NCBI GenBank assembly: GCA_021777995.1
Contig: JAJYCW010000001.1
Span: 5,473-69,472 of the forward strand
Direction of reading: 5' to 3'
Length of the DNA: 64,000 nt
Source of the DNA: a bacterium
GTDB taxonomy: Bacteria > Armatimonadota > Chthonomonadetes > Chthonomonadales > Chthonomonadaceae
Shown in pieces: positions 47,488 through 55,793 of the stretch; positions within the stretch are counted from its first letter, which is position 1; every line of letters starts with the position of its first letter. The notes under the pieces are model-generated. The model was given only the letters and a program-made list of their open reading frames with translations. It was not told the DNA's origin and did no database searches. Made by a program: the position numbers and the translations under genes.

Positions 47488-47676
47488 TTACTGTCCACTT
47501 CGTTGTCGATACCGACGAGCAGCGTCAGGATCAACGCGTCGCATGCGCTTTAGAAGGTCACTGGTGTCAGGCCGTTTCACATCTGGCTCAGATGGTCCAC
47601 CACCATCTCCATCTTTGCGCACCGGGCTTATGGGCGCCACCGGCGCCTGTTTTCGTTCTTCGCCATTTATTATCAT
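47488..47676 (-). CDS. Pup-like (UBact-type) small protein modifier, 62 aa
   Basis: Sits between the dop-like gene and prcB, exactly where pup lies. GGGAGAGAG Shine-Dalgarno. Gly/Pro-rich N-terminal half. C-terminus DLLKRMRRVDPDAARRYRQRSGQ, compared with mycobacterial Pup as I recall it: DDLLDEID...AYVQKGGQ. Confidence 0.8.
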   Translation of the reverse strand: MIINGEERKQAPVAPISPVRKDGDGGGPSEPDVKRPDTSDLLKRMRRVDPDAARRYRQRSGQ

Positions 47677-47693
47677 TGCTCTCTCCCGTTCTG

Positions 47694-49205
47694 TCAGTTC
47701 TGCTGACCATTGCGCCGTATCAAATTCACTACCTCATCAAGAGTTTGGGCAGACGCAAACTCTTCGTTAAGGATCCTCGCGTTCTCTTCCACCAGAGGAT
47801 TCATGTCGAACAGCAGATCCTCGCCATTGTGGTGGAACACAATACCGTTCCACCCGGTTCGTTTAACGGCATGACCAAACCGTTTAATTATCAGCCCTCG
47901 AAGGTAAGCTCGCGTATCAGCAGGTGCGCAGCTCACAGCGGCGTCCACTCTGCTCTCGGTTACTAGCCGGCGCATTGCCCCAGCTTCCTCAAGACCGTAA
48001 TAAAGCCCCTCGCTGCGATCGATATTGTGATAAGCCAGGTCAAGACTCTGAATATGACTGTCATTCCATGGTAAGCCCTCTTCTTGACGAAACTCATCTA
48101 GAAGAAGATACTTGGCGACCCAGTCCAAACGATCTGCTAATTTGGTAAAGTCCGTTTCCAACAAGTCAAGAGCCGTTCTCCATTCATGAAGTACCCAATC
48201 CGTTTCAGCATCTGCGCCCGCATAGCGATGTTCTGCAGCAACAAGATATGCGCGCTGAATATCTATTGCCCTTAGAGATGTACCACCATCCTGTTCGTAT
48301 GCGAGCTTAAACGAGAGATCACGGCTAATATTGCGCGATGCGCGAACTGGGTCACGCAACCTTACCGGCGATGTCCAACCGTCCTCTAATAGACGGAGAA
48401 CGAGTACTGTAGCACCAACCTTTAGAGCGGTTGCAACCTCGCTCATGTTCGCGTCACCGCAAATAACGTGCAGCCGGCGATACTTGCTTGGAGTGGCATG
48501 AGGCTCATCACGAGTGTTTACCAACGGCCGGTTATGCAGCGTGTCCACACTAGCCTCTACAGCCATAAAGTCCGCGCGCTGGGATAGTTGAAATCGATCA
48601 GCATCTGGTCCAGAAACGTTCTCCACTCCAGCTTTACCTGCACCAGCGTAAACACACCGAGAGGCAAAGAATGGAAGTAGCGTGCCTATCAGTGCAGTGG
48701 TATCTACGTGCCGCTGCATGAGATAGCCCTCATGGGTGCCGTAGCTGGATCCATGGAAATCCGTATTATTCTTATAAATTGTTACCGCCCGGCCAATTGC
48801 TGCGGACCTCCGCTTAGCCGCATCCAGTACCACACGCTCGCCTGCTCGGTCGTGGGCAACGAGATCAAAAAGATTTCGACATTCAGGCGTAGCATATTCA
48901 GGATGGCCGTGATCGTTATAAAAGCGGGCTCCGTTCACTAGAATGCGATCACTTCGTTCCTCTTCGTGAGACATCGTGTGGTGAGAACCGGTATCAAATA
49001 CGGCGTCGTCAGGGTTTGTATTGAGGGACTTGACTGTAAAGCCTCGCATATCGCGGCGAGCATCTTCACCGCGATAGTTCCACCCTTTTACCGCTTCGCC
49101 TGCATGGCCCCGCACCACTGCCATCGACTCGCTAACCCAGTCTACAGCGGAAAGGCCATCGACAACAATACCGTATTCGGTTTCGATTCCAAATAGTCTA
49201 TCCAT
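47694..49205 (-). CDS. dop: Dop-like deamidase/depupylase
   Basis: N-terminus MDRLFGIETEYGI (Dop-like E.EYGI). 503 aa. Located between the AAA ATPase gene and the modifier gene, as in actinobacterial loci. Confidence 0.8.
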   Translation of the reverse strand: MDRLFGIETEYGIVVDGLSAVDWVSESMAVVRGHAGEAVKGWNYRGEDARRDMRGFTVKSLNTNPDDAVFDTGSHHTMSHEEERSDRILVNGARFYNDHGHPEYATPECRNLFDLVAHDRAGERVVLDAAKRRSAAIGRAVTIYKNNTDFHGSSYGTHEGYLMQRHVDTTALIGTLLPFFASRCVYAGAGKAGVENVSGPDADRFQLSQRADFMAVEASVDTLHNRPLVNTRDEPHATPSKYRRLHVICGDANMSEVATALKVGATVLVLRLLEDGWTSPVRLRDPVRASRNISRDLSFKLAYEQDGGTSLRAIDIQRAYLVAAEHRYAGADAETDWVLHEWRTALDLLETDFTKLADRLDWVAKYLLLDEFRQEEGLPWNDSHIQSLDLAYHNIDRSEGLYYGLEEAGAMRRLVTESRVDAAVSCAPADTRAYLRGLIIKRFGHAVKRTGWNGIVFHHNGEDLLFDMNPLVEENARILNEEFASAQTLDEVVNLIRRNGQQN

Positions 49206-49211
49206 AGTGGC

Positions 49212-50993
49212 CTAAATGATGTTTCTCGACGTCTCACTCACTGCACGGCGCGCTTTAACAGGTTTCACAGTCGCAACATTGTCTGGCTCATAATCAAGAA
49301 GTTTCAACCAATCCTCCTGAGAATCACCCTTCGGGAAGATCTCGTTTTCCTTATACTCAACTCGAACGGCAGTCTGTAGGTCCTCAATGCTGATTCCCTC
49401 TTCATCGGACTTCAGTTCAATCGACCTTTTGATGGCGAAATCCTTTGCGCGTTCCACCACAGATTTGATGAGAGCACCACTAATTAGGTCTTTCCAGTAG
49501 AGTTTTTCCGTGCCACCGCTACGCATAAACACCTCTAGAAACTCGGTCTCTTGAACCCTGCGGTATGTGAACTCGGTGATGGCATCTAACATTTCATCCA
49601 TTACCGAAGTACAGTCGCCCCGATGCTTCTTGATGAGGTTGTGGTCAATAGGTACATCACTAAGGTATATCTTGAAAATATCACGCGTCGCACGTCGATC
49701 TGGGCGCACTACCTTCACTTTGCGATCGATACGCTCGGGACGTAAAATTGCCGGGTCAATATAATCGGGCCGGTTGGACGTAAGCATGACGACCACATTG
49801 TCGAGCGAGACCAACCCATCCATTTCTGCACAGAATTGAGGAACTAAAGTGTTAGAGATGTTAAGATATCTCCCACTACTTCGCGTCCTTAACAGCGACT
49901 CCGCCTCATCAATGAAGATAAACACCAACCGCCCTTCGCGTGCTTTTTCACGTGCCTGATTAAATATGTCCCGCACCTGGCGCTCGGACTCACCAAGCCA
50001 CATATTGAGAATCTTTGGTCCATTGATATACATGAAATATTCTGTGACGTCTTTGCCGGTGCGTTCGCGATATTCCTGCGTAAGGTTATACGCGGTTGCT
50101 TTACCAATCAGCGTCTTGCCACAACCAGGAGGTCCAAACAAAAGGATCCCCTTTAACGGCCTTTTTCCGAAACGCGCGAAGAGTTCGGGGTGAAGCAGCG
50201 GCAGCTCAATAGCGTCGCGTATAACAGAGATAGCCTCGTCTTGCCCTCCGATCTTACTCCAAGGGAGAACGGGTACCTCTTCAAGATAATAATCCGACGC
50301 TTCCTTAGCGGGAAAATACTCCAAGGCTACCTTGAAGTTTGGTTCCATACGCACTTCGGATCCAACCTTCAGTAATTGTGCCTTTATCGCCTCGCCGCGA
50401 TAGACTACTCTAGACTGAGTGCCTTGGGAGTCGAGCGCCACCCGCAACCTACCATCCTCGAGCACCTCAACAATCTTGACTATAGGTCCACCTTCTGCAA
50501 AACCGAGGTCACCAATCACGGCGAATGCTTCGTTAACCTTTACCTGAGTACCCGCCTGCAGTTCCACGTTTTCCATCCGGGGATCAACGTTAGCAATATA
50601 TTCCTGTTCCCCAAGGGCGATACGCACGGTCTGTGGCTTCTCCTCAGGTTCGGCCAGCAGCGACGACCGCCGGCGCGTTTTAGGTTTGGGAGGATCGGCT
50701 TTTCCTAAATAAACCGCAATCTTGTTAGCTGGCGCTGTGAGTTTGTTGTACGCGTCCTCAAACTCCGCGATCACTTTACGCGCCTCATCCATCATGGCTT
50801 CGTCAGTTTCGATCTGTTCGCGCAGGGTCAGCAGATAGCCCAAACGGGCGTCATTGCGCGGGGTCATCCGTATGACTTCGTCTAAAATCCAGAGAGCCCG
50901 AAGCTGCAACTCTGGTTGACTTTCGGACTGCGATGCATTTAGTTCGCCAGCATCATCATCGTTGGAAGAGCGGGTGTCTCTGTCTCGTTTCAT
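49212..50993 (-). CDS. proteasome-associated AAA+ ATPase (ARC/Mpa-like)
   Basis: Acidic predicted coiled coil near the N-terminus. An OB-like middle region (RIALGEQEYIANV..., VKIVEVLEDGRLRV). Walker A GPPGCGKT and Walker B FIFIDEAE. First gene of the locus. Confidence 0.9.
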   Translation of the reverse strand: MKRDRDTRSSNDDDAGELNASQSESQPELQLRALWILDEVIRMTPRNDARLGYLLTLREQIETDEAMMDEARKVIAEFEDAYNKLTAPANKIAVYLGKADPPKPKTRRRSSLLAEPEEKPQTVRIALGEQEYIANVDPRMENVELQAGTQVKVNEAFAVIGDLGFAEGGPIVKIVEVLEDGRLRVALDSQGTQSRVVYRGEAIKAQLLKVGSEVRMEPNFKVALEYFPAKEASDYYLEEVPVLPWSKIGGQDEAISVIRDAIELPLLHPELFARFGKRPLKGILLFGPPGCGKTLIGKATAYNLTQEYRERTGKDVTEYFMYINGPKILNMWLGESERQVRDIFNQAREKAREGRLVFIFIDEAESLLRTRSSGRYLNISNTLVPQFCAEMDGLVSLDNVVVMLTSNRPDYIDPAILRPERIDRKVKVVRPDRRATRDIFKIYLSDVPIDHNLIKKHRGDCTSVMDEMLDAITEFTYRRVQETEFLEVFMRSGGTEKLYWKDLISGALIKSVVERAKDFAIKRSIELKSDEEGISIEDLQTAVRVEYKENEIFPKGDSQEDWLKLLDYEPDNVATVKPVKARRAVSETSRNII

Positions 50994-51215
50994 GAGAATC
51001 TCCTTTCGGACGCACGGGGAACTAACTCATTGTAGCGCAGGAAGCAGGATGATTCCAATGAAATCTCCCAATCTAACGCAATTTCAATTCACTTCAACAA
51101 GGTCTAACTACAACGACTAACATATGGTTTAGCTAGTCAACTACATAAAGGCAGCCAATTCGTAAGAGGGCGCCATCCTATCCATTATACGCTACCGTGG
51201 GCACTGAAGTTTCTT

Positions 51216-51245
51216 GGCAGGAGGTGCCATAATGATCCTCCTGCC
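51216..51245 (-). terminator. hairpin downstream of the glycosidase-like gene (no U tract)
   Basis: GGCAGGAGG-N12-CCTCCTGCC, a 9-bp stem 19 nt after the stop at 51264. Confidence 0.4.
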
Positions 51246-51263
51246 TCCTGTCTGCGTGGTTGA

Positions 51264-53675
51264 TTATTCTCGCCGTATCCTCAACACCCAATCCCCATTT
51301 GTCGGGGCGGTAAAGTGGTGCACCATGCCTCCGGTCAGGGTCTCGGTAGAGGCTACAATTCCTGTTTCTGGCGATACCCAGTCTACATGTAGCTGCCCTG
51401 TTGCCTCCAGAAGGTCGAGGTCGACTGTACCACCCTCCTTCATGTAAACAAGGTAACTAAAGCCAGGATTGGCAAGTACCCACATATTGCTCGTGCTGCT
51501 ACTCTTAATCAGATCGTTATGAGGTGCGAGCCGCGTGTAATCCATGCTGTTAAGTATCTGCCCCGCAACTGCAGTCTGCTGAGCGATTGGCGAGGTTGAG
51601 ATATCGGTACCCCAAAGCGAGGGCGATGCAGCCACATAGTAACCGCCCAGTGCTAGAGCCTGCCACAGCCTATGTCGGGCACTCGTTACTGTAATCTGGG
51701 CGGTTGGATCTTCTACGGTTACAGGCTTGCCAAATGCCACGCTCGCCGGGATAGTCATGAGATCCTGAGTAGTTACCGTAATGGAGTTGAGAGGTGCTAC
51801 ATCTTGGGCTGCAGGCGCGCTTTGGGCAAGCATTATAGCCTTTTGAGCGGCAGCCTGGGCGGCAGCAGTACTGGGCCACAATTCCATACCTGCAGGGCTC
51901 TGAATGTAAGCCGAACTAGACGCAGAAACATCAGCACTACTACTTATAACGATGGGTGGAGCAGCAGATGCAATAGCCGGCAGATCGCGTGTCAACACAT
52001 GCCCGTCCGGATCCTGTTTTTTTGTGAGAGCCAACAATGCAGTGATGAGCGCTGCCCCGCGGGGCGAATTCGCAACAGAGGCGTCGCTCGCGTCGAGGAC
52101 GTTCCAACATACATTCATGCTGCTATATCGCGCAAGGATGTAACTCCAAAGTCTCTCAATCTGTTGATCGGTAAACGTGTCCAACAGGTCCTTATTTAAT
52201 ACGCCTATGCCTAGATCCGGTACGATTCCAGCCTTCGAACATAGTTGTATGCGACGATCCAGGTAATGAAAAAACTCCGGATTAAGCTTATCAGGATCAT
52301 AGTTAAGGAAGGGGGCACCACCTTCATTTACCTCTGTATGCCCAGTGAAGGATGGAACGTCGATCACCCAATTGTTTACTATTCGATTGAATCCCATTTT
52401 GGCTAACTGCTTGATCTGCTGTCGCGCCTCTTCTAGCTTCATCAAGCTAGGCGACGCGGTAGACTGTCCTGGTGCAGCCTGAAACGAGCAGACGTTGAGT
52501 GGCGCTATTACAGGTAGGAACGACGAGCCATCAGTAAATGCAAAACGAGCAATGGCAGAGTTTTCCGTAGTGACAAAACCTGGGTTAGCTGTTGGTGGTG
52601 AAACGCATCGGAACTCCCCACTTACGCCGTTTAACCCGGCGTCGGCGGAGTGCGTAGTCCAATGCCAGGTACCAGTCATGTTTGGCGCAATCGCCAACCG
52701 CCACTTTGTACCCCCTCGCCAGTAGCACGGTACATCCACGGTGGAACCGTCCGGACGCTCCATTTCAGCAATTGCGCTAAGATCAACGTACGGATTGCCT
52801 TTATCCGTGCTGGCAATGAGATCGACTATGTATGGATGGTAGAGGCTTACCCGCGGACGTGGTAGCTGGACAGTGTTCCCCTGCCCCAGTGGTATCGATC
52901 CAACAGCACTGGTAAACGTTAGATCGGATGGATAATCTACGGTGAGGAGTTTGCTGTCATCAAGGTCAATCGCGTAACCGTGACGCGTATTGCTGTACAG
53001 TATGAGGTAGTACGCATGCCCAGCCGAATCGCTTGCAATGGCGTGTAGCTCCTGCCAGCCCAGGGCTTGCCAGCCGTTGGCAGGGTTCACGTTAACCTCT
53101 ACTAGAGGTGACACCTCAAGTTTGCCAAGGTGAACAGTTTCATCTGCTTTACCAATAGCTAAATGCCCCGTAAGGTCCGGAAGCGTACCTCCCTGCCGGG
53201 TCCAATCAGCAAATGTAAAACTACCACCAGAGTATTTTAGCGGTGGTTGTATCGCAGACTTCGGCAGAGCAGTCCCCTGCGTAAGTTGCGCGGGATCGAA
53301 TTCGTAGTTACCTTGGAAATCGTAACTTGTGATCTGATTGCTACTATAGTCGTAGATCCAGCTAAAAAACGAGTTACCCTGGTTGTTAAGGTAGCACCAC
53401 ACCACATCAAAAGTATCGCCGCTTTTGGCAAGAAACCAGACGAGATGACTGGCATACCCTGCAGGACCTTGCTGCGAATAGAGATACGTGAGCTTGAATT
53501 AACGCTCCTCCCGCAGGTTAAAGGAGCGCCTAATCATCGTGCCGTCGGTCCCATTCCAAGCAATGGAATAGGGCCCGCTTTCTCCATGCAGAGAGTTTTC
53601 AGCATTCGCTGTGGAGCCTGATACAGCGAGAAGTACAACAAAAACAGCAGCAACTACACACCGCAATAATCTCAT
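51264..53675 (-). pseudogene. secreted DUF5060-type beta-sandwich / glycoside-hydrolase-like protein, interrupted by an in-frame TAA
   Basis: ATG 53675 encodes a signal peptide (MRLLRCVVAAVFVVLLAVSGSTANA). TAA at 53499..53501 is in the same frame as the 713-aa ORF 51264..53405. The 93 nt between them have no stop and read FKLTYLYSQQGPAGYASHLVWFLAKSGDTFD. The segment NPYVDL...DVPCYWRGGTKWRLAIAPNMTGTWHW is DUF5060-like. Confidence 0.6.
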
Positions 53676-53761
53676 AGCATGGAACCTCAAGGAATTCAGC
53701 GATAGGTCTATCGAATGTATTAGACGCATGATCGGGCATCGGGTTTCCTAAAACCCGATGC

Positions 53762-53809
53762 TTAACAACACAACAGGACCGCAATGCACTTGTAAGCACA
53801 TTGCGGTCC
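53762..53809 (-). terminator. terminator hairpin after pdxS
   Basis: Minus strand: GGACCGCAATG-N12-CATTGCGGTCC followed by TGTTGTGTTGTT. A second 11-bp hairpin follows at 53736..53761. Confidence 0.6.
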
Positions 53810-53835
53810 CCGTAATTCGGTTATTTAGAAAATAG

Positions 53836-54732
53836 TTACCAGCCCCGCGAAGCCATCAGCTGAGTGTCTTCAAGTTTGCGTACATCGAGACTTGGCATTG
53901 CGTCTCCAAGTCCAGCCGAGATGTCTGCAAGCTTTTCGTAATCCTTATAATAGGTGACCGCCTGCACAATTGCTTCTGCACGTGCACTGGGATCCGAGGA
54001 TTTGAATATACCACTGCCCACAAAGACACTTTCGGCACCTAGCATCATCATTAAAGCTGCATCGGCCGGAGTAGCAATGCCACCTGCCGAGAAGTTTGGA
54101 ACCGGCAGCCTTCCTGTCGTATGAACCTCCTGAACGAGCTCGTAAGGGGCTTTAAGGTCACGGGCGGCAGCCATTAGCTCATCCTCGCGGAGTGATTTAA
54201 TTCGTGCAATGTCGCGCATAAGTGTGCGCATGTGCCGTACGGCCTCTACCACATTGCCGGTGCCTGCTTCGCCTTTGGTGCGAATGAGCGCTGCACCTTC
54301 CCCAATACGGCGTAGTGCCTCACCCAGGTCACGGCATCCGCATACGAAGGGAACTCGATACTCCAGTTTATTTACGTGGTTCTCTTCGTCTGCAGGAGTT
54401 AGAACTTCGCTCTCATCAATATAATCCACTCCCAGGGCTTCAAGAATACGTGCCTCAGCAATATGGCCAATGCGGCATTTTGCCATAACCGGAATTGTAA
54501 CTGCCGCCATGATCTCCTTGATCATACGGGGGTCGGACATTCGTGCGACGCCACCTTGCTGCCGAATGTCCGATGGAACTCGTTCAAGCGCCATGACCGC
54601 GACTGCGCCGGCCTTTTCTGCTATCACGGCCTGCTCAACATTCGCAACGTCCATAATGACGCCGCCTTTAAGCATTTCGGCAAGTCCCGTTTTACTTCTC
54701 CACGTGGCCTTTTGCTCTACAGCTTCACCCAT
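53836..54732 (-). CDS. pdxS: pyridoxal 5'-phosphate synthase lyase subunit PdxS
   Basis: Highly conserved [38 protein letters not shown] and [13 protein letters not shown]. Confidence 0.93.
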   Translation of the reverse strand: MGEAVEQKATWRSKTGLAEMLKGGVIMDVANVEQAVIAEKAGAVAVMALERVPSDIRQQGGVARMSDPRMIKEIMAAVTIPVMAKCRIGHIAEARILEALGVDYIDESEVLTPADEENHVNKLEYRVPFVCGCRDLGEALRRIGEGAALIRTKGEAGTGNVVEAVRHMRTLMRDIARIKSLREDELMAAARDLKAPYELVQEVHTTGRLPVPNFSAGGIATPADAALMMMLGAESVFVGSGIFKSSDPSARAEAIVQAVTYYKDYEKLADISAGLGDAMPSLDVRKLEDTQLMASRGW

Positions 54733-54800
54733 TGAAACACTCCTTTTCTAAAACACCAGTCCCATTTTCATAGTACGACTGCAGTTCGTCCACGATTCCA

Positions 54801-55397
54801 TCAAGTCATCTCCCGCCGCCACTGCAGCGCCGAAATCAAAGTTGCCTGATCTGCGTAGTCGAGGTCACCACCGGCTGGCAGGCCGTGGGCAATCTGCGTG
54901 ACCCGAACGCCTAGCGGCCGCAATTTGCTTGCAAGGTACAGGGCAGTTGTTTGACCCTCTGCCGTGGGGTTTAACGCGAGAATTACCTCTTCTACCCCGT
55001 TCATGACCCGGGGAAAGAGTTCTCTAATCTTCAGGAGATCAGGCGTAACATTGTCCACCGGAGAAATAAGGCCCTGTAATACGTGGTACAAACCGCGGTA
55101 TTCATTCGTCTTCTCCATGGCAATAAGGTCCCGCGTTTCTGCAACCACACATAACAGTGTGTGGTTGCGCCGCGAGTCACTACAGATGTCACACAGTTCC
55201 TGGTCCGTAAAGTTAGAACACTCCTTGCAGAACCGGATATTCTCCTTCACCGCAGTAATGGCCTCGGCAAGTAGTCGCGACTGCTCCTGTGGCTGCCGTA
55301 ATATGTGGAATGCAATGCGTTGAGCCGATTTCGGCCCAACACCAGGAAGGCGTTCCAACTCATTGACCAACCGCGCTAGCGGCTTAGCGTAGTGCAC
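54801..55397 (-). CDS. recR: recombination protein RecR
   Basis: LPGVGPKSAQRIAFHIL helix-hairpin-helix, a C4 zinc finger (CKECSNFTDQELCDIC), and a Toprim region. Confidence 0.93.
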   Translation of the reverse strand: MHYAKPLARLVNELERLPGVGPKSAQRIAFHILRQPQEQSRLLAEAITAVKENIRFCKECSNFTDQELCDICSDSRRNHTLLCVVAETRDLIAMEKTNEYRGLYHVLQGLISPVDNVTPDLLKIRELFPRVMNGVEEVILALNPTAEGQTTALYLASKLRPLGVRVTQIAHGLPAGGDLDYADQATLISALQWRREMT

Positions 55398-55412
55398 CGC
55401 GCATCGTCCTCT

Positions 55413-55772
55413 TTAGAGTAAGCCAGGGGGAAGATTGAGTCCGCCAAGGCCACCCGTTATTTCCTCGAGGCGAGCTTCCTGCGCAGCTTTAGCTTTTGCC
55501 GAGGCATCACGGGCTGCGGTTATGATCAGGTCCTCGAGAATCTCAACGTCGGCGGGATCCACTACACCAGGATCAATTTTAACCTCCGTGAGTTGCCCAT
55601 GTCCGTTCACGGTAACAGTTACCATATTGCCACCAGCTGTGGCGCTGTAGCGAACTGCTTCCAGATCCTCCTGAAATTTGGCCGTCTCTTCCTGTATTTT
55701 CTGGGCCTGCTTCATTAGCTTCTGGATGTCGCCCATTCCTCCAAATCCACCCATTCCACCCATTCTAGACAT
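55413..55772 (-). CDS. ybaB: YbaB/EbfC family nucleoid-associated protein
   Basis: 119 aa. LMKQAQKIQEE...GGNMVTVTVNGHGQLTEVKIDP pattern. Lies between dnaX and recR. Confidence 0.9.
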   Translation of the reverse strand: MSRMGGMGGFGGMGDIQKLMKQAQKIQEETAKFQEDLEAVRYSATAGGNMVTVTVNGHGQLTEVKIDPGVVDPADVEILEDLIITAARDASAKAKAAQEARLEEITGGLGGLNLPPGLL

Positions 55773-55793
55773 CTAATTGTCTCCCGTCTTTCA

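Noticed and set aside
47169-47966. 265-aa plus-strand ORF spanning the prcB, modifier and dop-like genes in antisense
   Set aside because: It crosses two intergenic gaps of well-supported minus-strand genes. It has a Ser/Arg/Ala/Val-rich composition typical of antisense frames and no recognisable motif or ribosome-binding site.
51672-52199. 175-aa ORF antisense to the glycosidase-like gene
   Set aside because: It lies entirely within a longer, better-supported minus-strand ORF and has no motifs.
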